Of a stretch of 64,000 nucleotides of DNA, positions 21,099 through 30,415 are shown piece by piece. Position 1 is the first letter of the stretch; every line of letters starts with the position of its first letter. Both the position numbers and the translations under genes were made by a program. The stretch comes from Spirochaetaceae bacterium (GTDB lineage Bacteria > Spirochaetota > Spirochaetia > DSM-2461): positions 152,985 through 216,984 of the forward strand of contig JAOPTT010000007.1 of the NCBI GenBank assembly GCA_051531975.1, given 5' to 3'. The notes under the pieces were generated by a model. It was not told where the DNA came from, searched no databases, and worked only from the letters and a program-made list of their open reading frames with translations.

Positions 21099-22214
21099 AT
21101 GAAATCAAAATTAAATGTATTAATTTTAGTATTAGTAATGTTAGCTTTTGCAATGCCTACATTTGCAAGTGGTAATAATGAGGCTGGAGCTGAACCTAAA
21201 GCTAAAGGTAAACCTTACATTGCTGTTGTATCTAAGGGAGAGCAACATGACTTCTGGCAACAGGTAAAAAAAGGAGCTATAGCAGCTGCAGAAGAATACG
21301 GCGTTGATATGACTTTTGAGGGACCTGCATCAGAGAGTGATGTTCAGGATCAAGTTGAAATGTTAAATAACGCAATAGCTAAAAAACCTGTTGCAATAGC
21401 ATTAGCCGCTTTAAATACAACTTCTGTTATGGACCAACTAGCTCAAACTAAACGAGATGGTATTCCTGTAATTGGTTTTGACTCAGGTGTTCCTAATGCT
21501 CCAGCAGGATCTATATATGCAAACGCATCTACTGATAACTATGCAGCTGCAGGAATGGCTGCAACTAAAATGTTTGAAGTGATTAAAGCTGATATCGAAG
21601 CTGCTACTTCTGAAAATCCAGTAAAAATTATTGTTATGAATCAAGATGCTGCAGGTGAATCTTTATTAAGCCGTGGTAAAGGTTTCAGAGATACAATGAT
21701 TATGTTAATAGCTGATAAAACTTCTTTATCAGAAAGTGATATTGCAGTTATCGGTAACACAGCTTATATAGATAGTAAAAACCCAACTAGTGGTGATAAA
21801 GTTCTGATCGAAATGATTGTTCCTGCTTCAGCTGCTGCAACAGATACTGCATCTGCAGCAACTGCAGTATTAAACAAAGTTGAAGGTGATACTATTCTAG
21901 GTATTTTCTGTTCTAACGCAGCCACTGTTAAAGGTATCTTAGCTGCAACTAACGATGGAACAGATCTTCCTAACAAATATCCAGGTTTAGTTGTTGTTGG
22001 ATTTGATGCTGGTAAAGCTCAAAAAGATGCAGTTAGAGCTAAATTCTTCTTAGGTTCTATTACTCAGGACCCATACTCAATTGGTTACAAAGCTGTTGAG
22101 TTAGCATATAAAGCTTACATGGGTGAGACAGTATCTGATGTAGATACTGGAGCTAAGTTCTATGACTATTCTAACATGGACGATGCTGACATTGAAGGTC
22201 TTATTTACGACTGA
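21099..22214 (+). CDS. Monosaccharide ABC substrate-binding protein
   Basis: Signal 'AMPTFASG', 'HDFWQQVKKGA', 'VVGFDAG', 'ITQDPYSIGY'. Confidence 0.93.
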   Translation: MKSKLNVLILVLVMLAFAMPTFASGNNEAGAEPKAKGKPYIAVVSKGEQHDFWQQVKKGAIAAAEEYGVDMTFEGPASESDVQDQVEMLNNAIAKKPVAIALAALNTTSVMDQLAQTKRDGIPVIGFDSGVPNAPAGSIYANASTDNYAAAGMAATKMFEVIKADIEAATSENPVKIIVMNQDAAGESLLSRGKGFRDTMIMLIADKTSLSESDIAVIGNTAYIDSKNPTSGDKVLIEMIVPASAAATDTASAATAVLNKVEGDTILGIFCSNAATVKGILAATNDGTDLPNKYPGLVVVGFDAGKAQKDAVRAKFFLGSITQDPYSIGYKAVELAYKAYMGETVSDVDTGAKFYDYSNMDDADIEGLIYD

Positions 22215-22238
22215 TATGTAAGTTTCGCATAAGTGTTT

Positions 22239-22269
22239 AGCCACAGGGTATTAACCTTGTGGCTTTTTT
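22239..22269 (+). terminator. Intrinsic terminator of the ABC operon
   Basis: AGCCACAGGG-tattaa-CCTTGTGGCT followed by TTTTT. Confidence 0.85.
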
Positions 22270-22283
22270 GTTATAATAAATTC

Positions 22284-22877
22284 ATGAGTAAAAAAGATGC
22301 TATTTTAGATAGGGCTTCAGAAGTTTTTTTTAAGTTTGGTTTAACTAAAATCTCCATGGATGAACTTGCAGACCAAATTGGTATATCAAAAAAAACAATT
22401 TATAATAACTATGGCTCTAAGGAAAATTTATTAGAAGCTATTATATTTTCTAGTATGGAGAAAGTTTTAGAAGACATTACAAATCTTTTTGCTAGTACCG
22501 ATAAAACAATAGTTGAAAAGATCTTTTTAGCTATAAAACACGTCTATACCCAATATTCAAACTTTGAGGTTCCCACAAGGTCAGATCCCAATGCTGCTAG
22601 AATAATTTACTCTCCTGAATGTCTATTTTTAACAGACCAAATTCAAGATAATATTCGTAGATTAGCTATTGAAGGTCAACAAAAAGGTGTAATAAAGAAA
22701 CATATAAATATCGATATGGTTCCATTTATTTTCTTAAATAGTATTAGAGGTCTAGCTACATGGCAAAAACCTGAAAGTCTACCGTTTTCCAAATTAGAGT
22801 TAATGAGAAATTCAATCGAAATAATCTTAGATGGAATCTTAACACCTACTGCAATGAATGAGTATTTAAACTCATAA
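22284..22877 (+). CDS. TetR-family regulator
   Basis: 'ISMDELADQIGISKKTIYNNYGSKENL'. Start moved to ATG 22284; the ORF-track start lies just upstream of the terminator, so its extension runs through it. Confidence 0.93.
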   Translation: MSKKDAILDRASEVFFKFGLTKISMDELADQIGISKKTIYNNYGSKENLLEAIIFSSMEKVLEDITNLFASTDKTIVEKIFLAIKHVYTQYSNFEVPTRSDPNAARIIYSPECLFLTDQIQDNIRRLAIEGQQKGVIKKHINIDMVPFIFLNSIRGLATWQKPESLPFSKLELMRNSIEIILDGILTPTAMNEYLNS

Positions 22878-22883
22878 CATCTA

Positions 22884-22952
22884 TTGACTTCTAATTTTTA
22901 CCGTATTATTATTAAACTATAAATTACACTAATTACACTGCAAGAGTGTAAT
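22884..22952 (+). promoter_or_regulatory. Sigma70-type promoter and palindromic operator upstream of MMPL operon 1
   Basis: TTGACT(22884)-17-TATTAT(22907); palindrome ATTACACT-gcaag-AGTGTAAT at 22932-22952, with an extra AATTACACT half-site at 22922. Confidence 0.7.
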
Positions 22953-22968
22953 ATTAGAGGAATATAAT

Positions 22969-25605
22969 ATGGAAAAAATATGTAAGTATCCCAAAATAAC
23001 AGTAATAATTATAAGTATAATAACTCTGTTTTTTGCTTACAATTTAAAGAATGTCACTATAGATAATGACACAATGAAGTTTTTATCAGAAGATAACCCT
23101 GAGAGAATAGCAATTGATAAAGCAGATGATATCTTTGGCCCATCAATGGCAATGAGTGTTGGCCTTGAAATGAAAAAAGGAACAATCTTTACAGTCGAAG
23201 CCTTAGATGTTATTGATAAACTGACTAAAGAGTTTGAAGATTTAGATGGCGTTGATAGTATTCAATCGTTAACTAATAGTGATTTTATAGATGGAATAGA
23301 TGGCTCATTGGTTGTCTCTCCACTGGTTGAAGATTTTACAGGAAGCCCTGAGGATGTAACAACTTTAAAAGAGAAAATATTATCTTGGGATTTATACCAG
23401 GATCTTCTTGTTTCTAACGATTATAGTGCTTCTCAGATAATGGTTACTTTAAAAGAGGGTTTAGGTCCAGATGGACAAGAGAAGCTCTACCATGATCTAA
23501 AAAGAATTACTGAAAAATACGAAAATAGAAACATAAAGTTCTACTTAGCCGGTCTGCCATCTATGGTTGTTTTATTATCAACAAATATGATGTCTGACTT
23601 AATGGTCCTAATACCAATAGTTGTTATTGTTTTATTAATAGCTCTTTTCATATCGTTTAAAAGATTAAGTGGGATATTAATTCCTATGGTTACAGTTACA
23701 ATAAGTACTATTTGGACAATAGGTCTAATGGGTGTTTTAGGTGTACCATTATCTATTTTAGGTATTATTATACCAGTTTTAATGATGGCTGTAGGAAGTG
23801 CATATGGTATACATGTTATAAGCCATTATTATGATGATATTAAAGCTTATAAAGGTGAACTAACAGAAGAAAGCCATACTAATATTATATTAAAATCTCT
23901 TAGTTATGTAAAAAAACCAATATTTTTAGCTGGTTTAACAACTGTGGCAGGTTTTGCATCCCTATCTATTAGTTCAATAATCCCAATGAGGAATTTTGGT
24001 ATTTTTACCTCCGTTGGAATTATTTTTGCTCTGATAGTTGCCCTGACTTTAATACCATCACTTTTAGTTTTTAACTACAAAAGTACTAAAAAACATCGAT
24101 CCCAGATTGAGCATTCAAATAGTGGTTCAATGGAGAGGGCCTTAAGTACATATTATGAATCTTTTGGAAAAAGAAAGTATCTAATACTTTTCATGTCTTT
24201 AATAATAGTAATATTATCTGCTGTTGGAGCAAATAATTTAATTATTGATAACTCAATTGTTGAGTATTTCAAAAAAGATACTCATATAAGAACCTCTGAT
24301 CGGTTTTTAAGGGAGAAGTTTACAGGAACAACAACCTTTAATGTTATAATTAGTGGCGAAGGTGCCGGTGTCGATACCGAACTTCTAAATGCAATGGAAG
24401 GTCTTAGTATATTTTTAACCTCAAATTATGAACCTGTTAAAAAAGTTCTATCTTTTACGGATACAGTTAAACGGATGAATCAGGTTATGCATGTTGATGC
24501 AGAAGGGTCTGATGGTCTAGACGATTTTGATGATTATTCAGGTGAGTACGATTCCGATTTTGATGAGGATTCAGATAGCTTTTTTGAAGAATCTGATAGT
24601 TTCTACGATGAATCAGATAGTTTCTTCACTGACGATTCAGAAGATGAATATATGTTTACCGATGAAGAAACAGATGATGCCAATGTAATATTAACTACAG
24701 ATGGATTTATGGATATTATGTCCAAAGCTTATGCCATGGCAGATAACCCTAATATTTCAGCAAATGAGCTAATGACACTTCTAAAAAAAGAGACAAACTA
24801 CAAAGGTTTTGGATTTTTTGAAATACCAACTGATCCTGCTAAATATGGACATGATGAGTTAGAAGATCTATCCAATTTACTGAGTCAGTACTACGCTATG
24901 ACAGGTAAATTAGAAGGTTTTATAGGGCAAAATGATGATCCTCTTTCTCCTGAAAATATTAAGATGACAATAATGATGAATAACACAGGAAATATGTTTA
25001 CTAGAGAGATTATACCTGTTGTACAAAGTTATATTGATGACTATTTTCCTGAAGGTTACGACGTTTACCTTGCAGGTACAGCACTTGCTCAAGATTCTAC
25101 TACAAAGTTAATAACAAGTTCTGCAATGAATAGTATCTTTTTATCCCTACTTATGGTGTTTATCATACTATCTGTAGCTTACAAATCAGCATTTGCAGGT
25201 CTCTTTGGAATGATTCCATTAGCTTTTACTGTTCTGTTTAACTACGGACTTATGGGGCTTTTAGGCATAAAGTTAGACATGAGTACAGCAATGGTTGGAA
25301 GTATTGCCATAGGAATTGGTATTGATTATACAATCCACTTTATGGCCTCTTATCACAAATTTAGCCAAACAGAAACTTGTGAAGATACTGTTACTAAAAA
25401 GTCCCTAATGTCATCTGGGAAAGCCATAATTTTTAATGCACTATCGGTAGCTGCTGGTTTTACAGTTCTACTAAAATCAAACTTTAATCCACTAATGTAT
25501 TTAGGGTTTTTAATTGCAATTACAATGTTAGTAGCATCTATTGCATCAATGACAATAATGCCAGGATTATTAAATATATTTAAACCAAAGTTTATAAGAA
25601 AATAA
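22969..25605 (+). CDS. MMPL/RND-superfamily transporter (copy 1) with an acidic repeat insertion
   Basis: Two repeats of 1 TM + periplasmic domain + 5 TM; 'AVGSAYGIH' and 'GIGIDYTIHF'. Confidence 0.92.
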   Translation: MEKICKYPKITVIIISIITLFFAYNLKNVTIDNDTMKFLSEDNPERIAIDKADDIFGPSMAMSVGLEMKKGTIFTVEALDVIDKLTKEFEDLDGVDSIQSLTNSDFIDGIDGSLVVSPLVEDFTGSPEDVTTLKEKILSWDLYQDLLVSNDYSASQIMVTLKEGLGPDGQEKLYHDLKRITEKYENRNIKFYLAGLPSMVVLLSTNMMSDLMVLIPIVVIVLLIALFISFKRLSGILIPMVTVTISTIWTIGLMGVLGVPLSILGIIIPVLMMAVGSAYGIHVISHYYDDIKAYKGELTEESHTNIILKSLSYVKKPIFLAGLTTVAGFASLSISSIIPMRNFGIFTSVGIIFALIVALTLIPSLLVFNYKSTKKHRSQIEHSNSGSMERALSTYYESFGKRKYLILFMSLIIVILSAVGANNLIIDNSIVEYFKKDTHIRTSDRFLREKFTGTTTFNVIISGEGAGVDTELLNAMEGLSIFLTSNYEPVKKVLSFTDTVKRMNQVMHVDAEGSDGLDDFDDYSGEYDSDFDEDSDSFFEESDSFYDESDSFFTDDSEDEYMFTDEETDDANVILTTDGFMDIMSKAYAMADNPNISANELMTLLKKETNYKGFGFFEIPTDPAKYGHDELEDLSNLLSQYYAMTGKLEGFIGQNDDPLSPENIKMTIMMNNTGNMFTREIIPVVQSYIDDYFPEGYDVYLAGTALAQDSTTKLITSSAMNSIFLSLLMVFIILSVAYKSAFAGLFGMIPLAFTVLFNYGLMGLLGIKLDMSTAMVGSIAIGIGIDYTIHFMASYHKFSQTETCEDTVTKKSLMSSGKAIIFNALSVAAGFTVLLKSNFNPLMYLGFLIAITMLVASIASMTIMPGLLNIFKPKFIRK
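24571..24633 (+). repeat. In-frame 21-bp degenerate tandem repeat (SDSFFEE SDSFYDE SDSFFTD)
   Basis: tcagatagcttttttgaagaa / tctgatagtttctacgatgaa / tcagatagtttcttcactgac, inside a D/E-rich tract of about 60 aa. Confidence 0.85.
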
Positions 25606-25614
25606 GGAGATATA

Positions 25615-26388
25615 ATGAAAAAGATAATTTTAACAATATGTTTTATGTTAATAGCAGTTGCAGGTTTCTCTATTACAGGTAGAGATGTTATGGATAAAAT
25701 GGAAGCAAAAGAATCCCCTAAATCAAGCCATGCTTTAGTGGAACTATTAATAACAGAGTCTAATGGTTCAGTTAAAGATAGGGTTGTAGAGATGTGGAGC
25801 CTTACTGGTTCTAACGATTTAAATAGACAGATGATGGTTTTTAGAGCTCCAGCTTCAGTTAAAAACACTCGATTCCTAGTTAAAGAAAATGAAACTGGAG
25901 ATGATAAGTGGATATATATGCCTGCTCTTGGAAAAGTGAGAAGAATTGCAGCATCAGACGGTGACTCTGCTTTTATGGGCACAGAGTTTACCTACGACGA
26001 TATGTCTGGTGGAGATATTGATGACGATAAACACACTCTATTAAGAGAAGAAAAATTAGATGGATATAACTGTTACGTTGTAGAATCTATTCCTAAAGAT
26101 ATGTCAGATACCCAGTATAGCAGACGAGTCCAGTGGATAGTTAAAGATGATGATATATTAATGCCAATCAAAGTTGAGTTATACAATAAAAAGAACACTC
26201 TAAATAAGATCTTAACAATTAGCAAACTAGAAAATATTAATGGATTTTGGATACCAAGTAGTACTAAAATGGAAAACTTAATTAGTAAAAGATCTTCTGA
26301 AATTAATAACAAAAAAATAGAGCTAAATAAAAGAACAAATCCGGCATATTTTGAGAAAAGATTCTTAACTACTGGAAAGGTAAAATAG
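25615..26388 (+). CDS. LolA-like 'outer membrane lipoprotein-sorting' periplasmic protein (copy 1)
   Basis: Signal peptide; 'FRAPASVKNTRFL', 'WIYMPALGKVRRI', 'FMGTEFTYDD'. Confidence 0.88.
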   Translation: MKKIILTICFMLIAVAGFSITGRDVMDKMEAKESPKSSHALVELLITESNGSVKDRVVEMWSLTGSNDLNRQMMVFRAPASVKNTRFLVKENETGDDKWIYMPALGKVRRIAASDGDSAFMGTEFTYDDMSGGDIDDDKHTLLREEKLDGYNCYVVESIPKDMSDTQYSRRVQWIVKDDDILMPIKVELYNKKNTLNKILTISKLENINGFWIPSSTKMENLISKRSSEINNKKIELNKRTNPAYFEKRFLTTGKVK

Positions 26389-26390
26389 TA

Positions 26391-27821
26391 ATGTATATGA
26401 AAAAGAGTATTATTTATTTAATAGTTTTCCTACTTTTGGGTTTTGTTAATATCTCTGCTGACGATGAAGAAACTGAAAGTTTCTACACTGACGATAGCTT
26501 CTTCGAAGAGGATAGTTTTTTTGAAGAGGATGATTTTTTTGATGAAGGGAATGATCGTTTCTTCTCCACATCAATAGGAGGCGGATTTGGTCTAAATACA
26601 ACTTATATAGACGAAAATCCAAGTTTAAACTCTTTTGTGGATTTAGATATACTATTCGAAGCGGAATCATTTGATATTTCATTAAATATTGATGTGGATT
26701 TAAAAGGCCTAGATGATTTCAAAAACTTCCCTCTACAAGGTGGTGAATACGATACATCAACTTTTATAGATACATTTTTTATACGTTATTATCACTCTCT
26801 ATTTGACTTAGAAGTAGGACTTTTAAAACCAATATGGGGAAATGCCGATGGGATCCATGCTGTAGATGTCCTAAACCCTTTAGATTATTCAGATCCATTT
26901 GGTACAAGTTATTTAGATAGTAAAATATCACAGCAGATGATAAAAGTTAATGTCCCTGTTGGTGAAAATTCACTTTTAGAAATAGCATATTTACCTAAAT
27001 TTTATGGTGATAACATACCTATGGATGGAATCTGGACACCATACTATATCGCTAATATGGAGGATACAATCTATTTAATGGCTTTAGGGCAAGGAATGGA
27101 TTCAGCTACAGCTAGTGCTACTGCTACTGCCATTAAAGATACTTTAACATTTGAAGAACTTGATTATTTTGAATCTAGCCAAGCAGCTATAAGATTTACA
27201 ACATCAATAGATTCTGTAGATTTAGGTATAACTTATTTTAACGGTTATTTAAAACAACCTACTATAGATCCAGCTGACGTTATGTCCTCCGGAATTTTAA
27301 CTTTAGTATACAATGATGTGCAAACTATAGGTGTCGATATAGCAGCTGCAGTTGGTTCTTTTAATCTTAAAGGTGAAGTTGCGTATAATCTAACAGAAGA
27401 TACGGTCGGAGATGATGCAGGTATAAATAATAATTTTATTAAAGCTATTTTAGGTTTTGATGTTAATTTACCAATAAGCAATGTTAACTTTTTAATTCAG
27501 GGTGTCTCAACAATTATATTAGGTTCAGATAATATTACTTTGACTGACCCACAATACAGTTCAGATGATCAATATTATAGCCTAAATTTAATAGGTCGAC
27601 TTTCTGATAACTACTTAAACGAAACTCTTTATGTTGAAGTTGCAGCCGCTTATAATATTTTTGATGAAGACTATATGATTAAACCAAAAGTTACATATAA
27701 AGTATCAGATAATACAGATATATATTTAGAGTACCTGATGTTAGAAGGTGAAGAGACTACAGATCTTGGCCAATATAGTGATAACGATACTATTAAACTT
27801 GCATTTGAGTATAAGTTTTAA
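26391..27821 (+). CDS. Probable outer-membrane beta-barrel (DUF1302-like) with acidic N-terminal repeats
   Basis: Signal peptide; 'FDLEVGLLKPIWGNADGIHAVDVLNP'; amphipathic strands; C-terminal 'LAFEYKF' beta-signal. Confidence 0.75.
   Translation: MYMKKSIIYLIVFLLLGFVNISADDEETESFYTDDSFFEEDSFFEEDDFFDEGNDRFFSTSIGGGFGLNTTYIDENPSLNSFVDLDILFEAESFDISLNIDVDLKGLDDFKNFPLQGGEYDTSTFIDTFFIRYYHSLFDLEVGLLKPIWGNADGIHAVDVLNPLDYSDPFGTSYLDSKISQQMIKVNVPVGENSLLEIAYLPKFYGDNIPMDGIWTPYYIANMEDTIYLMALGQGMDSATASATATAIKDTLTFEELDYFESSQAAIRFTTSIDSVDLGITYFNGYLKQPTIDPADVMSSGILTLVYNDVQTIGVDIAAAVGSFNLKGEVAYNLTEDTVGDDAGINNNFIKAILGFDVNLPISNVNFLIQGVSTIILGSDNITLTDPQYSSDDQYYSLNLIGRLSDNYLNETLYVEVAAAYNIFDEDYMIKPKVTYKVSDNTDIYLEYLMLEGEETTDLGQYSDNDTIKLAFEYKF
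26493..26546 (+). repeat. In-frame 18-bp tandem repeat (DSFFEE DSFFEE DDFFDE)
   Basis: gatagcttcttcgaagag / gatagtttttttgaagag / gatgatttttttgatgaa. Confidence 0.85.
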
Positions 27822-27914
27822 CCTGTGTGTTCCTTAATAATGTAATTAATATAGGTTTCGATATGATCAGCAATTGGATGAAAATCTAATTATCCAATTA
27901 CTGAGAAACTTTAT

Positions 27915-27943
27915 TTGACCTTTCCTAATTCAGCACCTATTAT
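27915..27943 (+). promoter_or_regulatory. Sigma70-type promoter of the MCP gene
   Basis: TTGACC-17-TATTAT. The ORF-track TTG start is this -35 box. Confidence 0.6.
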
Positions 27944-27962
27944 TGATGTATTAGGAGAATCT

Positions 27963-29573
27963 ATGAAAATTATAAATAAAGTTAAAAAAGTATATGAAGA
28001 TAAAGGTAGAGTTGTTCAAGAGAAAGCAACAACCTTATTTAAAATAAATGCAGTTTTATCAATAGCTTTTATATTGTTTGCGGGTGTTAGATTTGCTGGG
28101 GCTGATATTGTTGTTGCTAGTGTAGAGTTATTAGTTTCAGCTATTCTTGGGATTAATGCCTATATTATTACTAAGGGTAAATATATGGCCAGTAGTCGTA
28201 TTAGTACTGTTTTTTTTACATTAACTGCGTTTGCTGTATATCTAATTCAGGATAAAACAGAAGTTAACGATCTATATATTTATTCTACGTACATTTTAAC
28301 AGTTATATTAATGGCACCTTTTTTATGTTATAGTAAAACACAAATACGTGGGATGATAATAGCTGCATTAGCTGGTTCTGTAGCTGCTTATATCATGTTA
28401 CTACCAATATTAAAAGCTGGAGGGAAACCTGCAGGTCTAGTCCCATTTATTATTTCTACTCTATTTTTAGGCTTAGGTTGTCTGTTTTCATATCTTATTT
28501 TTAAAATGCAACAGTCTAATGTAGCAATTATAGAGAGACAAAACGCTAAAAGTGAAGCTAACCTCAAGACTATAACAGAACTTTTTGACTCCACAAAAGA
28601 TGCATTTAGTATGGGTGAAATCCTACTACAAGCAGCGGATCATTCTTCTAATAATAGTACGGATATGGCTAAAGATATTGCACTATTAGAAGATGTAATA
28701 CAAATTTTAAAAAGTCATACAGAAGATGGCCAAGATTCTAATATGCAGATTAATAATTCTAAACAGATTGTAATGGAAAAAATTGAGACTCAGACTAAGG
28801 CTATTGAAGCATCATTTAGTGCTACTAAAGAGATCACAGCTCAAATCGATGTAATGACTCGGGATGCACAATTAAAGGGAGAAGTTTTAACTAAACTATC
28901 TGATTCCTCTAGTATGGGTACTAAAAAATTAGGTGAAACTTTAACTTCTTTAAAAGCGCTATCTCAATCCACTGAAGAGATATTATCTGTAGTAAATGTT
29001 ATACAGGGTATATCTAGTAGAACTAACTTATTAGCAATGAATGCAGCTATTGAAGCCGCACATGCCGGTGAAGCAGGAAAAGGCTTTGCAGTTGTTGCTG
29101 ACGAAATTAGAAAACTTGCAGAGGAAACGAGTAAGAATTCTAAATTTATTAAAGAGAGTATGAAAGAGAATACTCATCAGTTTAAGGCATCAAATGATAC
29201 AGCAGTAGAGCTTCAGAAAGTTTTTAATATTATAACTCAACAGATAGATGTTGTTTATAACTCCTTTATAGAGATTATTTCTGGAATGGGTACAATGTCA
29301 CAGGAGACAAATAGAATATTTGCAACAGTTGATAATGTTCAAAGTGGAAACTCCCATGTAAGAAATGCACTAGACGATATGGGCATAGAGATAGAGAAGA
29401 TTGTCACTGTTATCCAGGGAATATCTGGGTCTGCGGATGAAGCTGGAAATAGTGTTGTACATTTAAAAACTCTAGGGGCTGAAATTGTTGACGGTTCTGT
29501 TAAAATCAAGAGTATAGGTAAAGAAAATCTTAATAATTTCCATATCTTAGAAAAAGGATTTCAAAACATCTAG
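27963..29573 (+). CDS. Methyl-accepting chemotaxis protein with a multi-TM (about 6 helices) sensing region
   Basis: '[35 protein letters not shown]'; ATG 27963 follows SD AGGAG. Confidence 0.93.
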   Translation: MKIINKVKKVYEDKGRVVQEKATTLFKINAVLSIAFILFAGVRFAGADIVVASVELLVSAILGINAYIITKGKYMASSRISTVFFTLTAFAVYLIQDKTEVNDLYIYSTYILTVILMAPFLCYSKTQIRGMIIAALAGSVAAYIMLLPILKAGGKPAGLVPFIISTLFLGLGCLFSYLIFKMQQSNVAIIERQNAKSEANLKTITELFDSTKDAFSMGEILLQAADHSSNNSTDMAKDIALLEDVIQILKSHTEDGQDSNMQINNSKQIVMEKIETQTKAIEASFSATKEITAQIDVMTRDAQLKGEVLTKLSDSSSMGTKKLGETLTSLKALSQSTEEILSVVNVIQGISSRTNLLAMNAAIEAAHAGEAGKGFAVVADEIRKLAEETSKNSKFIKESMKENTHQFKASNDTAVELQKVFNIITQQIDVVYNSFIEIISGMGTMSQETNRIFATVDNVQSGNSHVRNALDDMGIEIEKIVTVIQGISGSADEAGNSVVHLKTLGAEIVDGSVKIKSIGKENLNNFHILEKGFQNI

Positions 29574-29593
29574 GAATAAAATATAATTATGGT

Positions 29594-30415
29594 ATGAAGT
29601 ATCTAATTCTCTTTGTATTTCTATTTATAAGTATATCTCTTTATTCTGAAGTTTCGATGATTTCAGGTTTTTTGAATGATAACTATACAGGTTCTACTGA
29701 AAATGGCATCAATGGAGACTATATTGGTGCCGACGACTTTTTAACGTTTTCACTCTTTGCGAATACTAAAAAGGATAATTTTGGCATATCCCAATACTTT
29801 CATGTAATAACATCAAGAAAATTTAATTATAGGTACGACCTTCTACTTACATCAGTTTATTATGATTTAGATGTCCGACCATTTAATGTTACTCCTACAT
29901 TTTCTCTGCTATACAAAGGTGAGTTTGGTGGTGAGGATATACAAAACGGTATTCATGATTTTAGAGGGATCCCAGCATTAGAGCAGGAATATGAAGATGA
30001 AGAACTAAGTCCTGTATTTGGATTTGATGCATTTTATGAATACAGCATTTTTAGAGGTCGACTAAATGTAGATGCTCCACTTTCTATTAAACCAATTTCA
30101 ACTAGATTAACTTTAGAATATATTCTGGACTTAAAGTACGTCTCTTTTGATTTTGCCAGTGGTTATAAACATTATTTTACTGATGTTGATGGATATTCAG
30201 ATTTTGTTAGATCTGGAATGATTTTTGGTGGGCAATCAATTTTTCAAATATATAAAGGTTTTACTTTAAATGCTGGGTGCTTTTTCTTTCCTGTAAAAAA
30301 TCTTGATAGTGACCCAGTATATCTTGATCGTGATTTTTTATATTCCCCACAATTTTGGGTTACAATTGGTTTAAATGGAGACATCTTTAGAATTATGGAT
30401 ATTGTGAGGTTTTAG
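29594..30415 (+). CDS. Outer-membrane barrel, LpxR (lipid A deacylase, DUF2219)-like
   Basis: Signal peptide; 'LNDNY' near the mature N-terminus; 'DDFLT'; 'GGEDIQNGIH' (QxxxH); terminal Phe. Confidence 0.55.
   Translation: MKYLILFVFLFISISLYSEVSMISGFLNDNYTGSTENGINGDYIGADDFLTFSLFANTKKDNFGISQYFHVITSRKFNYRYDLLLTSVYYDLDVRPFNVTPTFSLLYKGEFGGEDIQNGIHDFRGIPALEQEYEDEELSPVFGFDAFYEYSIFRGRLNVDAPLSIKPISTRLTLEYILDLKYVSFDFASGYKHYFTDVDGYSDFVRSGMIFGGQSIFQIYKGFTLNAGCFFFPVKNLDSDPVYLDRDFLYSPQFWVTIGLNGDIFRIMDIVRF

Noticed and set aside
24496..24680. Tandem repeats considered as a CRISPR array or mobile element
   Set aside because: In-frame, degenerate at synonymous positions, no unique spacers, no cas or transposase genes.
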